DNA of 64,000 nucleotides from NCBI GenBank assembly GCA_965644295.1, contig CBFFRP010000406.1, positions 248,001 to 312,000 on the forward strand, written 5' to 3'. The notes under the pieces were generated by a model. That model saw only the letters and a program-made list of their open reading frames with translations. It ran no database searches and had not been told where the DNA came from. The position numbers were made by a program, and so were the translations under genes. This document shows, piece by piece, positions 12,311 to 25,208 of this stretch; position 1 is the first letter of the stretch, and every line of letters begins with the position of its first letter. Origin of the DNA: Paraphysomonas bandaiensis. Taxonomy: Eukaryota > Protista > Chrysophyceae.

Positions 12311-12761
12311 TGCCCCATTCCAAGAGCGAACCCTAGTACAGTGCTAGTGGTGATTAAGCTAAGTAACATATAGATTGTTAATAAAAAACTCAGCGTATTC
12401 TTTGTGCGTCGGCAGCAACAAAAACTAGGTAGATCTACACTATACTTGTATAGCCTATGTGAGATTGCCAGAAACCCGCGCATTCTAGGGGAGGGTGCGG
12501 CCAATGTCACACTAACTATACTGAGTCATGTATGGTCACGAGAAGCACAGAAGCGTGCATAGTTATGAAAAATCCTGCGTAAGCTTAGCAAAGATGAACA
12601 CGGGTGGGGCGGAAACAGAATCTGCGCGTGATCTATGTGGTCAGCTACGTTGGTACACGGGTAGGCGGGTGGTAGAATCAGTGCAAAATCTCGGGAGTGT
12701 TATAGGTGGTAGGTGGTGTACCAGCGAGCCTACAATATGGCCACGCGCTCGGAATGGGGCA
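12311..12761. mobile_element. MITE-like non-autonomous DNA element, copy 1
   Basis: 11-bp terminal inverted repeats TGCCCCATTCC (12311-12321) and GGAATGGGGCA (12751-12761); noncoding; a second diverged copy lies at 18009-18564. No clear TSD. Confidence 0.65.
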
Positions 12762-13859
12762 GAAAACATAAAGGACGAGATTAACAACGCATACCTTCTA
12801 AATGAAAACAACTTTATTTATTAAAGACAACAATATAAATTGTGTCAACCATACGACCTCTAATTTCAGGACATTCTTGGCTTATACTTAAATGAAGTGG
12901 AAAAAGTTGGGGCTTATATTTTTTGTTCTAGTTTCAAAAAAGAATAAAGCTGTTGAACATAATTCGCTTTAAACATTAATTCATAATATGTTGTAAAGCG
13001 TCGTAAACCTGACTCGCGCTCTTACATCACCGACAGGAAGCGTTTGTTTACGTGATTGCGTCCAGTCAAACTTCTATATTTGAAGCCCCATTGTCACCAA
13101 CACTCTTTGGGTAAACCCGAGTGTCTACTTCCTTGGTATGAGCACTGTACATATTAATAGAGCAAAATATTAAATACCGCCCGAGTCTCAGGTCGAGGAG
13201 ATCGCTCACCGCTTGTTTGAAAAACTTCACTCCTTGACAGCTGTCGCTCGAGAGAGGCACACATACGCAAATATCACCACAAAAAACACAGTTCCGAAAA
13301 CGACAGAGTTCATAACTTAAGCACCAACTTATATAAAATAATAATGAGAAGACGCTGAGAAATGTATTTTGTTCTAGAAGCAGGATACTTCAAAGAGATA
13401 TTCGCACCGTGTGATTAGGTGAGAGGGAAGGAAAGAGAATGAATATGAAGGGTGGTTCGAAGGAGGGCGATGTCACAGAGTCACACTATTAATGTGATCG
13501 ACTTGTAAAAAGCCTATGCCGAACACTCCACTGAGTTTCTTTCCAATATGTTCACTGCCTGTGGTCTAGTATGTAATGGACTGTTACAGTTTCTTACAGT
13601 TGGCTGTGAAGGGTGTGGTGTTTCATGGAAGTGCTAATGTCTGCAATGTCCCCCTCCCTCGTTGAATCCTATCATCACCCCAACACATCCACCGCTCTGC
13701 AGTGTCATGATCTACATGGCATAGATGAGATTGAGGTGCTGTAGGTCACACTGTGAGGGTCTACAAAAAAAAACGGCATAGGAATTTCTACACACATTCT
13801 TTGAAGAAATTTCAGGTTTTTTTCTGCAACAAACTCACCTCAAAATCGATTGGGCGTAA

Positions 13860-16855
13860 ACCGACAACAGCATCGGAGGGGCAGCACCCACATCGGAGGG
13901 GCAACATCCGTAGTCCCGTTTTTCTGTTCTGTACGTGAATATTAGTATGATCGAATGGGGATGGCGGGCTCTTCATATCTACACACCACATCCAAATAAG
14001 CATATCTTCATATTTAAACTATTCGGAACATACTCTTGTGTTGTTGTGCCCACTGTAGAAACTTAATTTCATCGATTTTATGCTGTAATGATGCAGGAAG
14101 TTCACCCAAATATTGACCACAGTTTGGACCACACAATCCCATTATCATGAAGTGCTCGTTACAATCATACATCCCTAGTGGATGAAGACTGTCCCCTGGA
14201 TGATTTGTCATTAGATATATTTTGAAGGAGCTTCAGAAAGAGCTACCAGCGGATGATGCATACGACTAAAAGTGTTTACATGAAGCTCTTCTGCAGCAGT
14301 GCAGGGCAACTATGAAAGGAAGGATATATGCAAAGATATCCAAAGAGAATGGGGAAATGGAGGGAGAAACAAAACTAGGAGACAAGATTTGAAGATAGGT
14401 GGCATTGAATATATATCATTATGCTTTATCATGAAGACTTTAAAGCGAACTAGAATTTAAGGACATACATACTTCCCTTGCAGTAAGTTGTAAGACGAAG
14501 TTGTTTGTGAGTATGGATTTCATGATATATACAACTAATGTGGTGTACGTTGTAGATCGCCGTAATGATATTGCATTTCGGTCAATAGTACATACTTAAA
14601 TCATCGTATGCCTTATTTGCATAAACCATTTGATGTAACCTAAAACTGTAATGATGTATGTTATACTTTCCGTGTAGTAAGCTATTTATGCATGTATATT
14701 GCATGATGTAACAAGTGTAATGTATACTGTAGGCCGCTGCAATGATATTCGAATTTGTTTTTGTTAATTGCACATACTCAAACCTTCGTATGTCACAACT
14801 ATTTGTCTAACGTTATCTCGCAGCAGCAATTTCTAGCGAGCGTGTGCAAGCAAGCTAGGGACTATTTATTATAGTTTACAGACAATCGTTTCAATATACT
14901 CATGCTAAGGTATAGCAAGTAGCTATGTAACGCTTGTAAAATGTTTATATGTGCGCGAATAATAAGACGAAAAACGGTTATACTGCTTGCTGCCTGGCCT
15001 CGTAAGCAATCTGTTTCGTGCAAGTACATGGAATTTTTCTCATACTATTCCTGGGCAATTTATTTCATACATCGTGTAGATGTTTCAAAAGTTGTTTCAA
15101 TTCAGATACTTTTAAAAAAGGTTAGTACGTTTCTACTTAACACACTTTTTAAACAAAACATGGTTCAGCTAGAATACTTCTCATTTGTTCATACAAAACA
15201 TGTTAAAACTAAAATATTTTTCAAACAAGACATGTTACAACTAAAACACTTTTCAAACAAGACATGTTACAGCTGAAACACTTTTCAAACAAAACATGTT
15301 TCAACTAATATACTTCATAAACGTTTAACTCAGATACTCTTCAACGATGATATGTTTCAAGGAAAACAAGAGCTTCAGCTAATTCTCCAGCGACTGCTTC
15401 AAACTTCTGTCTTATTGCTTCAGCTTCTACTCTTTTCTTGGTCACTTTCTCAGCCTTATACTGCTCTGGAGATAAGGAATTAAACCTGTCCTTCTCTGAT
15501 TACCTTCCCAACAGAGCCTAAGCCGCCTTCGCATGTTTCGCCAAAGCTGCGGCATTATTTCTTTCTTCTCACCCCTCCTCCTTGCAAAATTTCTCCACTA
15601 TATCAGGGGCTTAACAAGCCTTTTCCTACTTGTACCTAGACACAGTTTGGCAGGTAGTAATAATTTTAGACTTTAAAATTTAGACAAATGACGTACAGGA
15701 GTGAGGTTGTCCCGTTTTATAATAGTGTTAGATGCAACGGCTCTTCGTCTTATTATTCGCGCACATATAAACATTTTACAAGCGTTACATAGCTACTTGC
15801 TATACCTTAGCATGAGTATATTGAAACGATTGTCTGTAAACTATAATAAATAGTCCCTAGCTTGCTTGCACACGCTCGCTAGAAATTGCTGCTGCGAGAT
15901 AACGTTAGACAAATAGTTGTGACATACGAAGGTTTGAGTATGTGCAATTAACAAAAACAAATTCGAATATCATTGCAGCGGCCTACAGTATACATTACAC
16001 TTGTTACATCATGCAATATACATGCATAAATAGCTTACTACACGGAAAGTATAACATACATCATTACAGTTTTAGGTTACATCAAATGGTTTATGCAAAT
16101 AAGGCATACGATGATTTAAGTATGTACTATTGACCGAAATGCAATATCATTACGGCGATCTACAACGTACACCACATTAGTTGTATATATCATGAAATCC
16201 ATACTCACAAACAACTTCGTCTTACAACTTACTGCAAGGGAAGTATGTATGTCCTTAAATTCTAGTTCGCTTTAAAGTCTTCATGATAAAGCATAATGAT
16301 ATATATTCAATGCCACCTATCTTCAAATCTTGTCTCCTAGTTTTGTTTCTCCCTCCATTTCCCCATTCTCTTTGGATATCTTTGCATATATCCTTCCTTT
16401 CATAGTTGCCCTGCACTGCTGCAGAAGAGCTTCATGTAAACACTTTTAGTCGTATGCATCATCCGCTGGTAGCTCTTTCTGAAGCTCCTTCAAAATATAT
16501 CTAATGACAAATCATCCAGGGGACAGTCTTCATCCACTAGGGATGTATGATTGTAACGAGCACTTCATGATAATGGGATTGTGTGGTCCAAACTGTGGTC
16601 AATATTTGGGTGAACTTCCTGCATCATTACAGCATAAAATCGATGAAATTAAGTTTCTACAGTGGGCACAACAACACAACAGTGTATTCCGAATAGTTTA
16701 AATATGAAGATATGCTTATTTGGATGTGGTGTGTAGATATGAAGAGCCCGCCATCCCCATTCGATCATACTAATATTCACGTACAGAACAGAAAAACGGG
16801 ACTACGGATGTTGCCCCTCCGATGTGGGTGCTGCCCCTCCGATGCTGTTGTCGGT
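13860..16855. repeat. Long inverted repeat (foldback): 1112-bp arms at 13860-14971 and 15744-16855 around a 772-bp spacer
   Basis: The arms are reverse complements with no indels (coordinate sums are both 30715). Only 3 clustered mismatches were noticed. ORF pairs 14582-/15942+ and 14014-/16504+ are mirror images. Confidence 0.95.
15140..15360 (+). repeat. Degenerate ~32-bp minisatellite in the foldback spacer
   Basis: Units of the type AAAACACTTTTCAAACAAGACATGTTACAACT at 15211, 15243 and 15275, with decayed units on either side. Confidence 0.8.
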
Positions 16856-16971
16856 AAATTGGTTCCCAGAGGATTCATTTGATGCATGCATGATATCCAT
16901 GGATTCATAATACCATTTGCAATTGCATGTGCTTGTCTTTTAAAATTAACATTAAAAGTATTGCTAGAATC

Positions 16972-17742
16972 ATGTCTAGATCTTTTCAGTCTCAATCCAG
17001 ATCCAGGTGGGGTGGAGAACCAGTCACTCTTCTCCGAAAAACACAGCTCGTGACCGACGCTGAAAGTAGGTTACCAGTGTACACTCTTACATTCTCTACC
17101 CCGGCTGGAACTGACTCCCTCCCTTGTGACATATCAATGGGTGACGTGGTGAAAGTAGAAGTTCCGAATTACAAACCCAAGTCATATTCCATGAGCTCAT
17201 CGAGACCGGGGGAGTTTGATATTACCTTCAAAGTCTATCCCAATGGTAGAGCGAGTGGATACCTCAATAGTATCGGTATAGGGCAGTCCATACACGTATT
17301 TGGGTTATCTAAACGCAAGAGAAGGCAGCCTGGGAACTTTACTGGGTTTATTGCTTATGGTGTTGGTATCACAGAAGCGTTGCCGATTGCTGCCGCTGAG
17401 CTTGTGAAATCTGATTCTAAAGTCCTATTGCTTTGGGCCTCGAAGACTACAGGAGACACATTCTGGCACAATGAAATATCTCGGTTACGGGAAGAGTATG
17501 GTGAGAGGTTTGAGTTCACTGAGATCCTATCCAGGGAGATTAAAGATGGTGCGTTACACGGCAGAATCAATCCCAAGATCCTTCGTACCGTATTTGATGG
17601 AGCATGGGGCACTGAAGACCGGGAAGATTTGAGAGAAGGCGTAAGATTTTTGAGTGTGGGTACAAAAGAAATGATGCGGGAGACTGACCTGATGCTCTCC
17701 AGTATTGGGTATGAAATGCCAAAGCATGCACTTCTTGCATAG
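16972..17742 (+). CDS. Intronless FNR-like FAD/NAD(P)-binding oxidoreductase (cytochrome b5 reductase-like)
   Basis: KPKSYS (RxYS-like FAD motif), FDITFKVYPNGRASGYL, IAYGVGITE (GGTGITP-like), LLWASKT..DTFW, FLSVGTKEMM (CGP-like). First ATG at 16972. Confidence 0.8.
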   Translation: MSRSFQSQSRSRWGGEPVTLLRKTQLVTDAESRLPVYTLTFSTPAGTDSLPCDISMGDVVKVEVPNYKPKSYSMSSSRPGEFDITFKVYPNGRASGYLNSIGIGQSIHVFGLSKRKRRQPGNFTGFIAYGVGITEALPIAAAELVKSDSKVLLLWASKTTGDTFWHNEISRLREEYGERFEFTEILSREIKDGALHGRINPKILRTVFDGAWGTEDREDLREGVRFLSVGTKEMMRETDLMLSSIGYEMPKHALLA

Positions 17743-18008
17743 CGTATGGCTGACTAGCTGATATCAATATATTGCTGGCTAATAGGTAACCGCATCATGA
17801 CCACTATCGAAATATACTAAGCGAATAATCTTTGTTGCCAATATCTTGCTTAGTCTGGAAGTCTATATGGCCGAATATTTGGGCACCGCTGTTGGCGGCC
17901 CTTATGTTAATATGCGAAACTTGCTTTATTATACTTTATATTTGCTAGTGTCGATGTAAATAATAAGATAATGCCAACATAATAATAAGATGATTCAGAT
18001 GACAACCG

Positions 18009-18564
18009 AGAGCGTACCTTAGTAAAGTGCTCGTGGTGATTAAGCAAAGTAGCGTAAAAATCTCAACGTTTTCTTTGTGCATCGGCACCAAGTATTGCAG
18101 AGTTACTGTGAGCCTCAAAATAGTTACATTACTTGTTTATTCTTGGAAAGCATTTTTGCCCCATTCCGAGCGCGTGGCCATAGTGTAGGGTGTAGGCTCG
18201 CTGGTACATGGTACACCACCCACCACCTATAACACCGAGATTTTTCACTGTTTCTATGTTTCTACCACCCACCTACCCATGTACCAACGTAGCTGACCAC
18301 ATAGATCACGCACAGATACTGTTTACGCCCCACCCGTGTTCATCTTTGCTAAGATTACGCGGGATTTTCATAACTATGCATGACTTATATATGTTATTCG
18401 CCCAGATTCTAGTAGGACCATGTGTACCTTCCATTACCTAACAAAGATTACGCAGAGATTCTCGTGACCATACATGACTCAGTATAGGTACAGTGTGACA
18501 TTGGCCGCACCATCCCCTAGAATGCACGGGGTTTGTCATAACCTCATATAGGCGATCTACCTAG
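18009..18564. mobile_element. MITE-like element, copy 2 (internally inverted)
   Basis: 18009-18092 matches ~12323-12419 in direct orientation. 18157-18564 is the reverse complement of ~12425-12761, including the TGCCCCATTCC terminus. Confidence 0.75.
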
Positions 18565-20065
18565 AGCTTTCTTGTATTTTACTTTTCAGACTATATTTCA
18601 CGTCATTTATATACAATTAGAACTACTAAGTAGCTAACGTAGATTCTACGTAAACGCTAAGCTGTTATAGCCTCATAGTTACTACTTTTACTACAACTCT
18701 ACTGTTACGACATACATAATACAAGTATATACACATCGATTATACGTAAACACCTATTTATATTAATGTAACATGCGTATACAGTACATTCGTTGTGTTA
18801 TACTGCACACATTGCAGCATATTGGTCGTGACGTCGCCGCAGACACAACTCAGTTCACATTCAGTCGTAGCATTCTCAACTAACTTCCTTTACCATCGTT
18901 AGGTGGAGCAATTTTTCATGCTGTTCTAAAAGGACGGATACGAAAAGGACACAAGTGATAGTTAAATCCACATAAAAACTTTCCATCATATTCAATACTT
19001 TCTTCCGTCGACTGGTTTATGTAACTAGCTGCTACCTTATTCTAAAGACCCAGGAATATATATCAATACGTCGGCGTGGAAGAATGTAATAAACTGAAAG
19101 AATTAGATGCAAATACATGTGTTTGAACAAGTATACATTAGAAATTGGTCGCGAATAGTAACTATATTTCTCGATTCGCGTCCCAATGCCTACGACTGGG
19201 AGGTTAACAAGTTATTAAGTTCGCAGCCAGTGTCGTAATCAGTTCGGAGATATGAGCTCATTTCTCATATTTATCACACAGTGGAAAGTGCTCAGTAGGT
19301 GAAGAAATGCTCTCACTGCGAGAGTGGGACTTGTATGCCCCTATGACTAGTGTTCATATCTGACTTTTGCTACGGAGTAAACCTTGCTTTGGTGTAGTGT
19401 AATCGACTTGTTCAAACTATGAACCAATATTCTGGACCAGAACTTCTTGCTTGCAAATAAATCGCGCAAGATAAATTCGTTAATAAGAGAGTTGGAATAT
19501 GTCGTATATAAAAGATAGAATCATGGTGTGTGATATGAGTGAGTGAGGTGAGGTGTGGGGGGAGCCCTACGGGCTTTCGAAAATTAGTCTCCCGCGTTGC
19601 GGTCGGCATAGTATTGGATTTAGTTTTCAACTAGCAATAATCTCATCGTCTGTAAAACATCATAGAATTGAGATAATGCCCCAAGAGCAAAGATGACCTG
19701 CTGGTGGGACGCTGGTGTTTATATAGATTTAAGAAAACCCAAAAACGAAAATATCTGATTAGACATTATTTCGACAGGAGGAGCAGCAGAAGATGCTGTA
19801 TTAAGTGTGTAGTCTGTGTAGTCTGTGTAGGATTCAGGTTACTGACACTGACATACGTCAGATGTATACATGTACATGTACTGTTGCATCGTTGCATCTA
19901 TATGTACAGAGATAAATGCAGTGTGCAAATGCAAGAAAATCTAAAGCCGTTGCTTGATTTCTTGTTCACTCAATTGAAACTATCCACTGAGGTGAGCTAG
20001 TTGCTTCAGCATCTATCACTTGAATTTCAGGAATATATACTATTGCCTGCGGTTGAATCGTTGAG

Positions 20066-21273
20066 ATGAAGCCTGTTTTTGTTGCTGCAACTGGACAACA
20101 TGTCGGGAAAACGACCACATGCCTTGGACTGCTCACTGGACTTCGCAAACATTTTCCTGATTTTAAAGTAAACTATATGAAACCTGTTGGACAGAAACAT
20201 CGTGTAGTGGATGGAAAGAAAGTAGACAAAGATGTTGTGTTATTTAAGAACTGGTTCGATCTAGCCGCTCCGGCTCCCACAATGTCTCCTGTTGTTGTAC
20301 CTAACGGCTACACAAGAGATTACATAGATGGTAAGTACAATCGACAGGATCAACTTGACAACATTAAAACGTCGTTCGATTCAATCAACACATCATCGGA
20401 TATGGTACTGCTGGAGGGAACAGGTCACAGCGGTGTTGGAAGCGTTATTGAAGTGAATAACGCCCAAGTTGCAGCAAATCTAGGGGCCAGAGTCGTTTTA
20501 ATTGGAACAGGTGGATTGGGGAGCTCTTTTGATGAGCTGGAATTGAATCGATTGGCATTTGAACACTATGGTGTTGAAATAGCTGGAGTGGTTCTTAATA
20601 AGTGCATGCCTTCTAAAATCAACATGTTGCGTGACTATTTCACCCGGCTATTGGCAGATAGATGGGGTGATGTCCCACTACTTGGCTTGGTTCCCACGAA
20701 TCCTTTTCTCACTCAATCGACTCTTGCAGACCTCAAAAATTATCTCAGTGCCGAGCAAATTGCTGGAGAGGCCTTCAATGACTGCCATTATGACTCTAAG
20801 ACTGTACTCATGGTCGGTACCACCCCTTGTTTTATTATTTTTTTATTATATAACGGTGCTTGGAGCAGGTGGCTACTGACCTTACTCGCTTCTTGCAAAA
20901 GCAGGAGCTGAATCAACGTGAGTCACCTCTCTTCCTCAGTCATGTCTCGAGGAATGACATCATATTGGGATACTTGTCCCATTGGCAAAAGTGCAAGGCA
21001 CGTGGAATTTCTTTCAGAGGAGCACTCATACTTGCAGCGGGATCAACACGGGTAGGCAAGGATCGAGAGATCCAGTCTCATGTACTCGATACAATTAAAG
21101 CTATGGATGTACCTGTATTTGTGGTGAATGCCAACACTTTTCAAATAATGCAAAAGCTTGATGATTTCACTCCGAAGCTACACTACGAAGACACAGGTAG
21201 AGTCCGAGTTGCCTGTGATCATGTTTGTGAACATATCGACTTCAAACTATTAGCTGAAAGATTGAAGTCGTGA
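20066..21273 (+). CDS. BioD-like P-loop (AAA_26) plus DRTGG-like protein, resembling the N-terminal part of phosphate acetyltransferase (2 exons)
   Basis: VFVAATGQHVGKTT P-loop, YMKPVGQ, DKDV, LLEGTGHSGVGS, GGLGSSFDEL, GVVLNK, RNDI, TPKL. One intron at ~20813-20868. Confidence 0.85.
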
Positions 21274-21705
21274 GTACGTGATGTAGTTGTGAGTGAGAGT
21301 ACTACATATAAGTGTATGCTTGCGGAATATATGCTGTCGTCATGATTAAATGAGTCTAGTGATTCGTATTATATGCTAGTGCTACTCCATAATAAGAGTG
21401 TTTCTAAAATCATTAACAAATCTTATTTGCCGACAACATTTTTTATATATACTATATACTCTGTGACAAGAACATATGTCGGCTATATACTATAAACAAG
21501 AAAGAGCATGGACTATGTATCAACTTCTCCAGACTCCAGATTCAATGCAGGTTTCGGAAAATAATAAAATAATTCCAGTGGAATAGTTATATGTAGCAAA
21601 CTGCCAGTATCAATATCAATACTTAGCATTGGCTGACTTGTACTCGAGGGAAACCGTAAAACGATTAAGGGGAATTTCAATTTAGTGTTATTAAAACTTA
21701 TATAC

Positions 21706-23468
21706 TTAAGAGCAATACATATCAATAGTCTTATGGTACACTATCATAATAGAAAGGCACCCCAAGAGCACGACTGTGAGAAGCATGAAAACCACGCTGT
21801 CATTCACATACTCGGAAATTACTCCTGCAAGAAGCGGAAACACAACACGAGCTAATGATCCTGATGCCCCAAACCACCCTAGCAGCGTCCCTTGTGGTCC
21901 TGACCTAACTATCTTCGCAAACAAGCATAGGAGAGCGGTATGTCCAACTGGATACCCAACAGCGTACATAAGTGCAACTCCCAGTACAAATATCGAAACC
22001 AGCCCTCCAGTGAAATGCATTGAACAGAATAGCAAGCATGACGCAATCATGATCACTAACCCGCCTATAACCAGCTGTATCTCCGTACATCGCAGCAGCA
22101 GTGAGGGATAGAGTAGCAATGCAATTACCCCACAGGCACCCAGGGAAGAAAAGGTGTATCCAATTTCAACCCGCGTAAGTGCGATGTTACTACTTCCATA
22201 GTCGGCACCTACGGTCTCATACACACCAATACTACCCTGCATCCCAATATCTTCATATATAAATATAGAAAGAAGTCCTTACCTTTACGAGACCATTCAG
22301 TATGCACCCACCAATTATTAGTCGGTCTCTCCAAACGGTTGCGTCAGTTTCCCCTTCAGAGTTACTGGTTAACTCCGAATGGGCTGTTGAGGTTCTAGAA
22401 GCATTGTTGCGACGAAGCAATTCAACCTGCAGTAGCATATTAAATTCCCCCTAATCAGAACAGGGACAATACATGCCTCTTCCTCTGAATTTGAAGCTGG
22501 TGGTAGTTGAGACTTCTCATTAAATGCAACGGCGAAGAGAAACGCTGAGAGTGCAGCCATGAGCCCCATGAAAAGGGCCGGCGCTGAAAATTCATTGATA
22601 GATATCACTTCCATTCGTCCTGCAGACATACTGCTATCGCCATATAATGTCTCCGCCGCCCGACGCTGGCACTCGTTTCCCCAAAAGGAGAGCAAGGAGC
22701 CTATTATTGGGGTAACGGTGAATCCCATATATTGAACCGCACTGTAATGAAGTCGAATTAAGATATATTTAGCCTAAACGTATCATTCACTCACGTCAAA
22801 TACGCCTGATACCAAATTATGCTAGGAAGCGAGAAAGTATGCGACCCTTACCATCAATTCCGAACGATTCTTTCTGGTGGTGTTCTCCGCCACATATGAT
22901 CTCGTGACACCTAACCTGAAAATGCATTTAGGCTAAATCAACAAAAAGGAACACTTATTACGTTCCAGATCCAACGCCAATGATAATCTGTGCTGCAAGA
23001 AGCATTGATACAGAAGTTGAAAACGCATATGTGAGACAGCCCACGAACACAACAACACTCGATATTAATAGGATAACACGATAGCCATACGACTCCGATA
23101 GCGATCCCAGTATTGGACTGGATAAAATTCTCCCTGCAGAAAAAGAAGCTACAGCAAATCCTTGAGATACTTTGTTTCCTCCTAGATACTTCACATACAT
23201 CCTATTGCATGCAACGATAAGTCGACCATACATCCAATCAAACGACATACCACATCGTAGGAAACGTAACTCCGCGAGCCATATCTCCCACAAAAACACA
23301 AAACAAAACAATACTGAGACCGGAAAAGGGTGGATATCTGTCCCTTTCATCGTGATCTGCTGGAGCCTCTCCCTGCACAGCTCCATAGGATATTGAGCCA
23401 TCTTTACCTATTGTGGATGATTCCCTATTGCCCCTCGCTACAGAATCATAGGGTTGATTGACCGACAT
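21706..23468 (-). CDS. MFS transporter, MFSD8/CLN7-like (multi-exon, 11-bp micro-exon)
   Basis: TM-rich, with DMARGVTFPTMW, SFSAGRILSSPILG, LGVTRSYVA, AYLTAVQYMGFTVTP and QGTLLGWFGASGSLARVVFP; exons joined by short GT-AG introns. Confidence 0.85.
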
Positions 23469-23882
23469 AGCAGATGATAGACAGATGTCTTATTTATTTT
23501 ACCTGTCAATCAATGAACAGCTATACATATATAGATATTTATGTTCGATTGTTCTGTACACACTTATCCATACATACATACAGCAATCGTAGCGTACATA
23601 ACTTTTCATATGAAAGTTACGATATCGACCCCATATATCCAGATATGGGATACCAAACCACACCACTCCAGCCATCTTCCCGCAGGAAGCATGTGTTCTA
23701 CAAAAGTCTGTAATCTGAGAATTTCTCTATAATATTCAATTTTTATCCACAAAATCACCATTCTGTGCTATATTTTGCCTTATTTCTAGAATTCATCCCA
23801 GTATCTGCAACAACCAGAAGGCCCTCAGAGTGGAATTCATTTGAATCCGCAACTGAGGTCAGTGTATCTTCTATAAAGTAGC

Positions 23883-24931
23883 ATGCTCAACGAATCAGTG
23901 GTATGTGTACTGTATTACGTATCTGGTATCATGTAACTGATGTATTAGAATGGAGCCCTGGCGGCAGCATGCTCGACGATATTGCTGTATCCAGTTGAGG
24001 TGTTTCGAGTGCGTAGACAAGCGACTATCGCTCCATGTAACCAGAGCAAACGTGATATTTCATTAAAAGATATACTTTCAGCTTATATCAATCCATCTTT
24101 GCTCCTTCGACTGTCACACACATCACTTGATTCATTCTTGTACTACTACCTTTACAACGTCTTATCCGAACATGCCGCTAGTAAGATATTGGGCGATCGT
24201 CATTGGATTAAACACTTTTTGGTATCACAAGTGGCGTCAATGTTTGTTGTCTTAGTTACACAGCCTTTAGAACGAATAATATATAGAGAACAAGTCCAGG
24301 ATAACCACCAGAGATCTAATGCGTGCGACATAAAATCCTTCTTTAATAGTCTCATAGAGATTGATGGCCTATCACCTTCGTTGTTGTTGTGCATTAACCC
24401 TGCGATTTATTATACTGTTTACGACCTCTTGAAACAGCTATTGTTACGATACAAGCAGGATCCCGCAGTGTCAACGTCAGTTTCACCGATTGAGGCTTTC
24501 TTTCTGGGATCGTTGTCGAAGATTACGGCTACGATATTGACTTACCCACTCATTCGCGCGAAAGTTATAATGATGACATCACAAAATAATGTGGATGAAG
24601 ATTCAGGTATACTGACATCATTACAATATATCCTTAACATGCATGTAATGTCAGACTGTGAAGGCGACGCATATGATGCTAATTCTGCTAGTGAGGGGTA
24701 CGACATAGTGAAGATGTTCAAAGTAATGCGGTTTGTCGTAATAATGAATGGGATGTCGTCCTTGTGGAAGGGGATCGGTTTACATCTCGCCCATACTACC
24801 CTAAGAGATGCAGTTGCAATGGTATGTGCTTGGGGATGTTTTGCTTCCATTTGACGCCGTTTATGTTGTGACATATCTAGGCTATAAAGGAGAAACTTAG
24901 TAGAGCTACAGCATCACGGAAGAACTGGTGA
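23883..24931 (+). CDS. SLC25 carrier family protein, peroxisomal PMP34/SLC25A17-like (3 exons)
   Basis: MLNESV|NGALAAACSTILLYPVE, TQPLE, GLSPSLLLCINPAIYYTVYDLLK, AFFLGSLSKITATILTYPLIRAK and LWKGIG: three carrier repeats. Confidence 0.8.
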
Positions 24932-25208
24932 AAACTTGCTGTTCTAATATATTTATATATGTTTCTTACACGGATTTCACATTTCCCGCAATATAAATTG
25001 CAGTTCATCTTTTCTTGTTTTTTGTGTTTCTTCTGCATAGTTACATACTAGAAGGGAGTACTACCGGTATTAAAGATGGATTTAGGCCTTTCAACTGTAT
25101 TAAATATTCTTACCTTGCCAGCGCTGTTATGGTACACTATTTTAAGTAACGCATATATGAGAAGGTAATTACGGCGGGCTCTTAGAAGTTCACTGTTGTG
25201 TTCAACAT

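Noticed and set aside
14014-14773. Short ORFs in the foldback arms (and mirrored 15942-16701) as real genes
   Set aside because: No recognisable motifs and no consistent spliced model; their duplication simply reflects the inverted repeat.
15140-15360. ~32-bp repeats as a CRISPR array
   Set aside because: Units are contiguous and degenerate with no unique spacers, there are no cas genes, and the context is eukaryotic.
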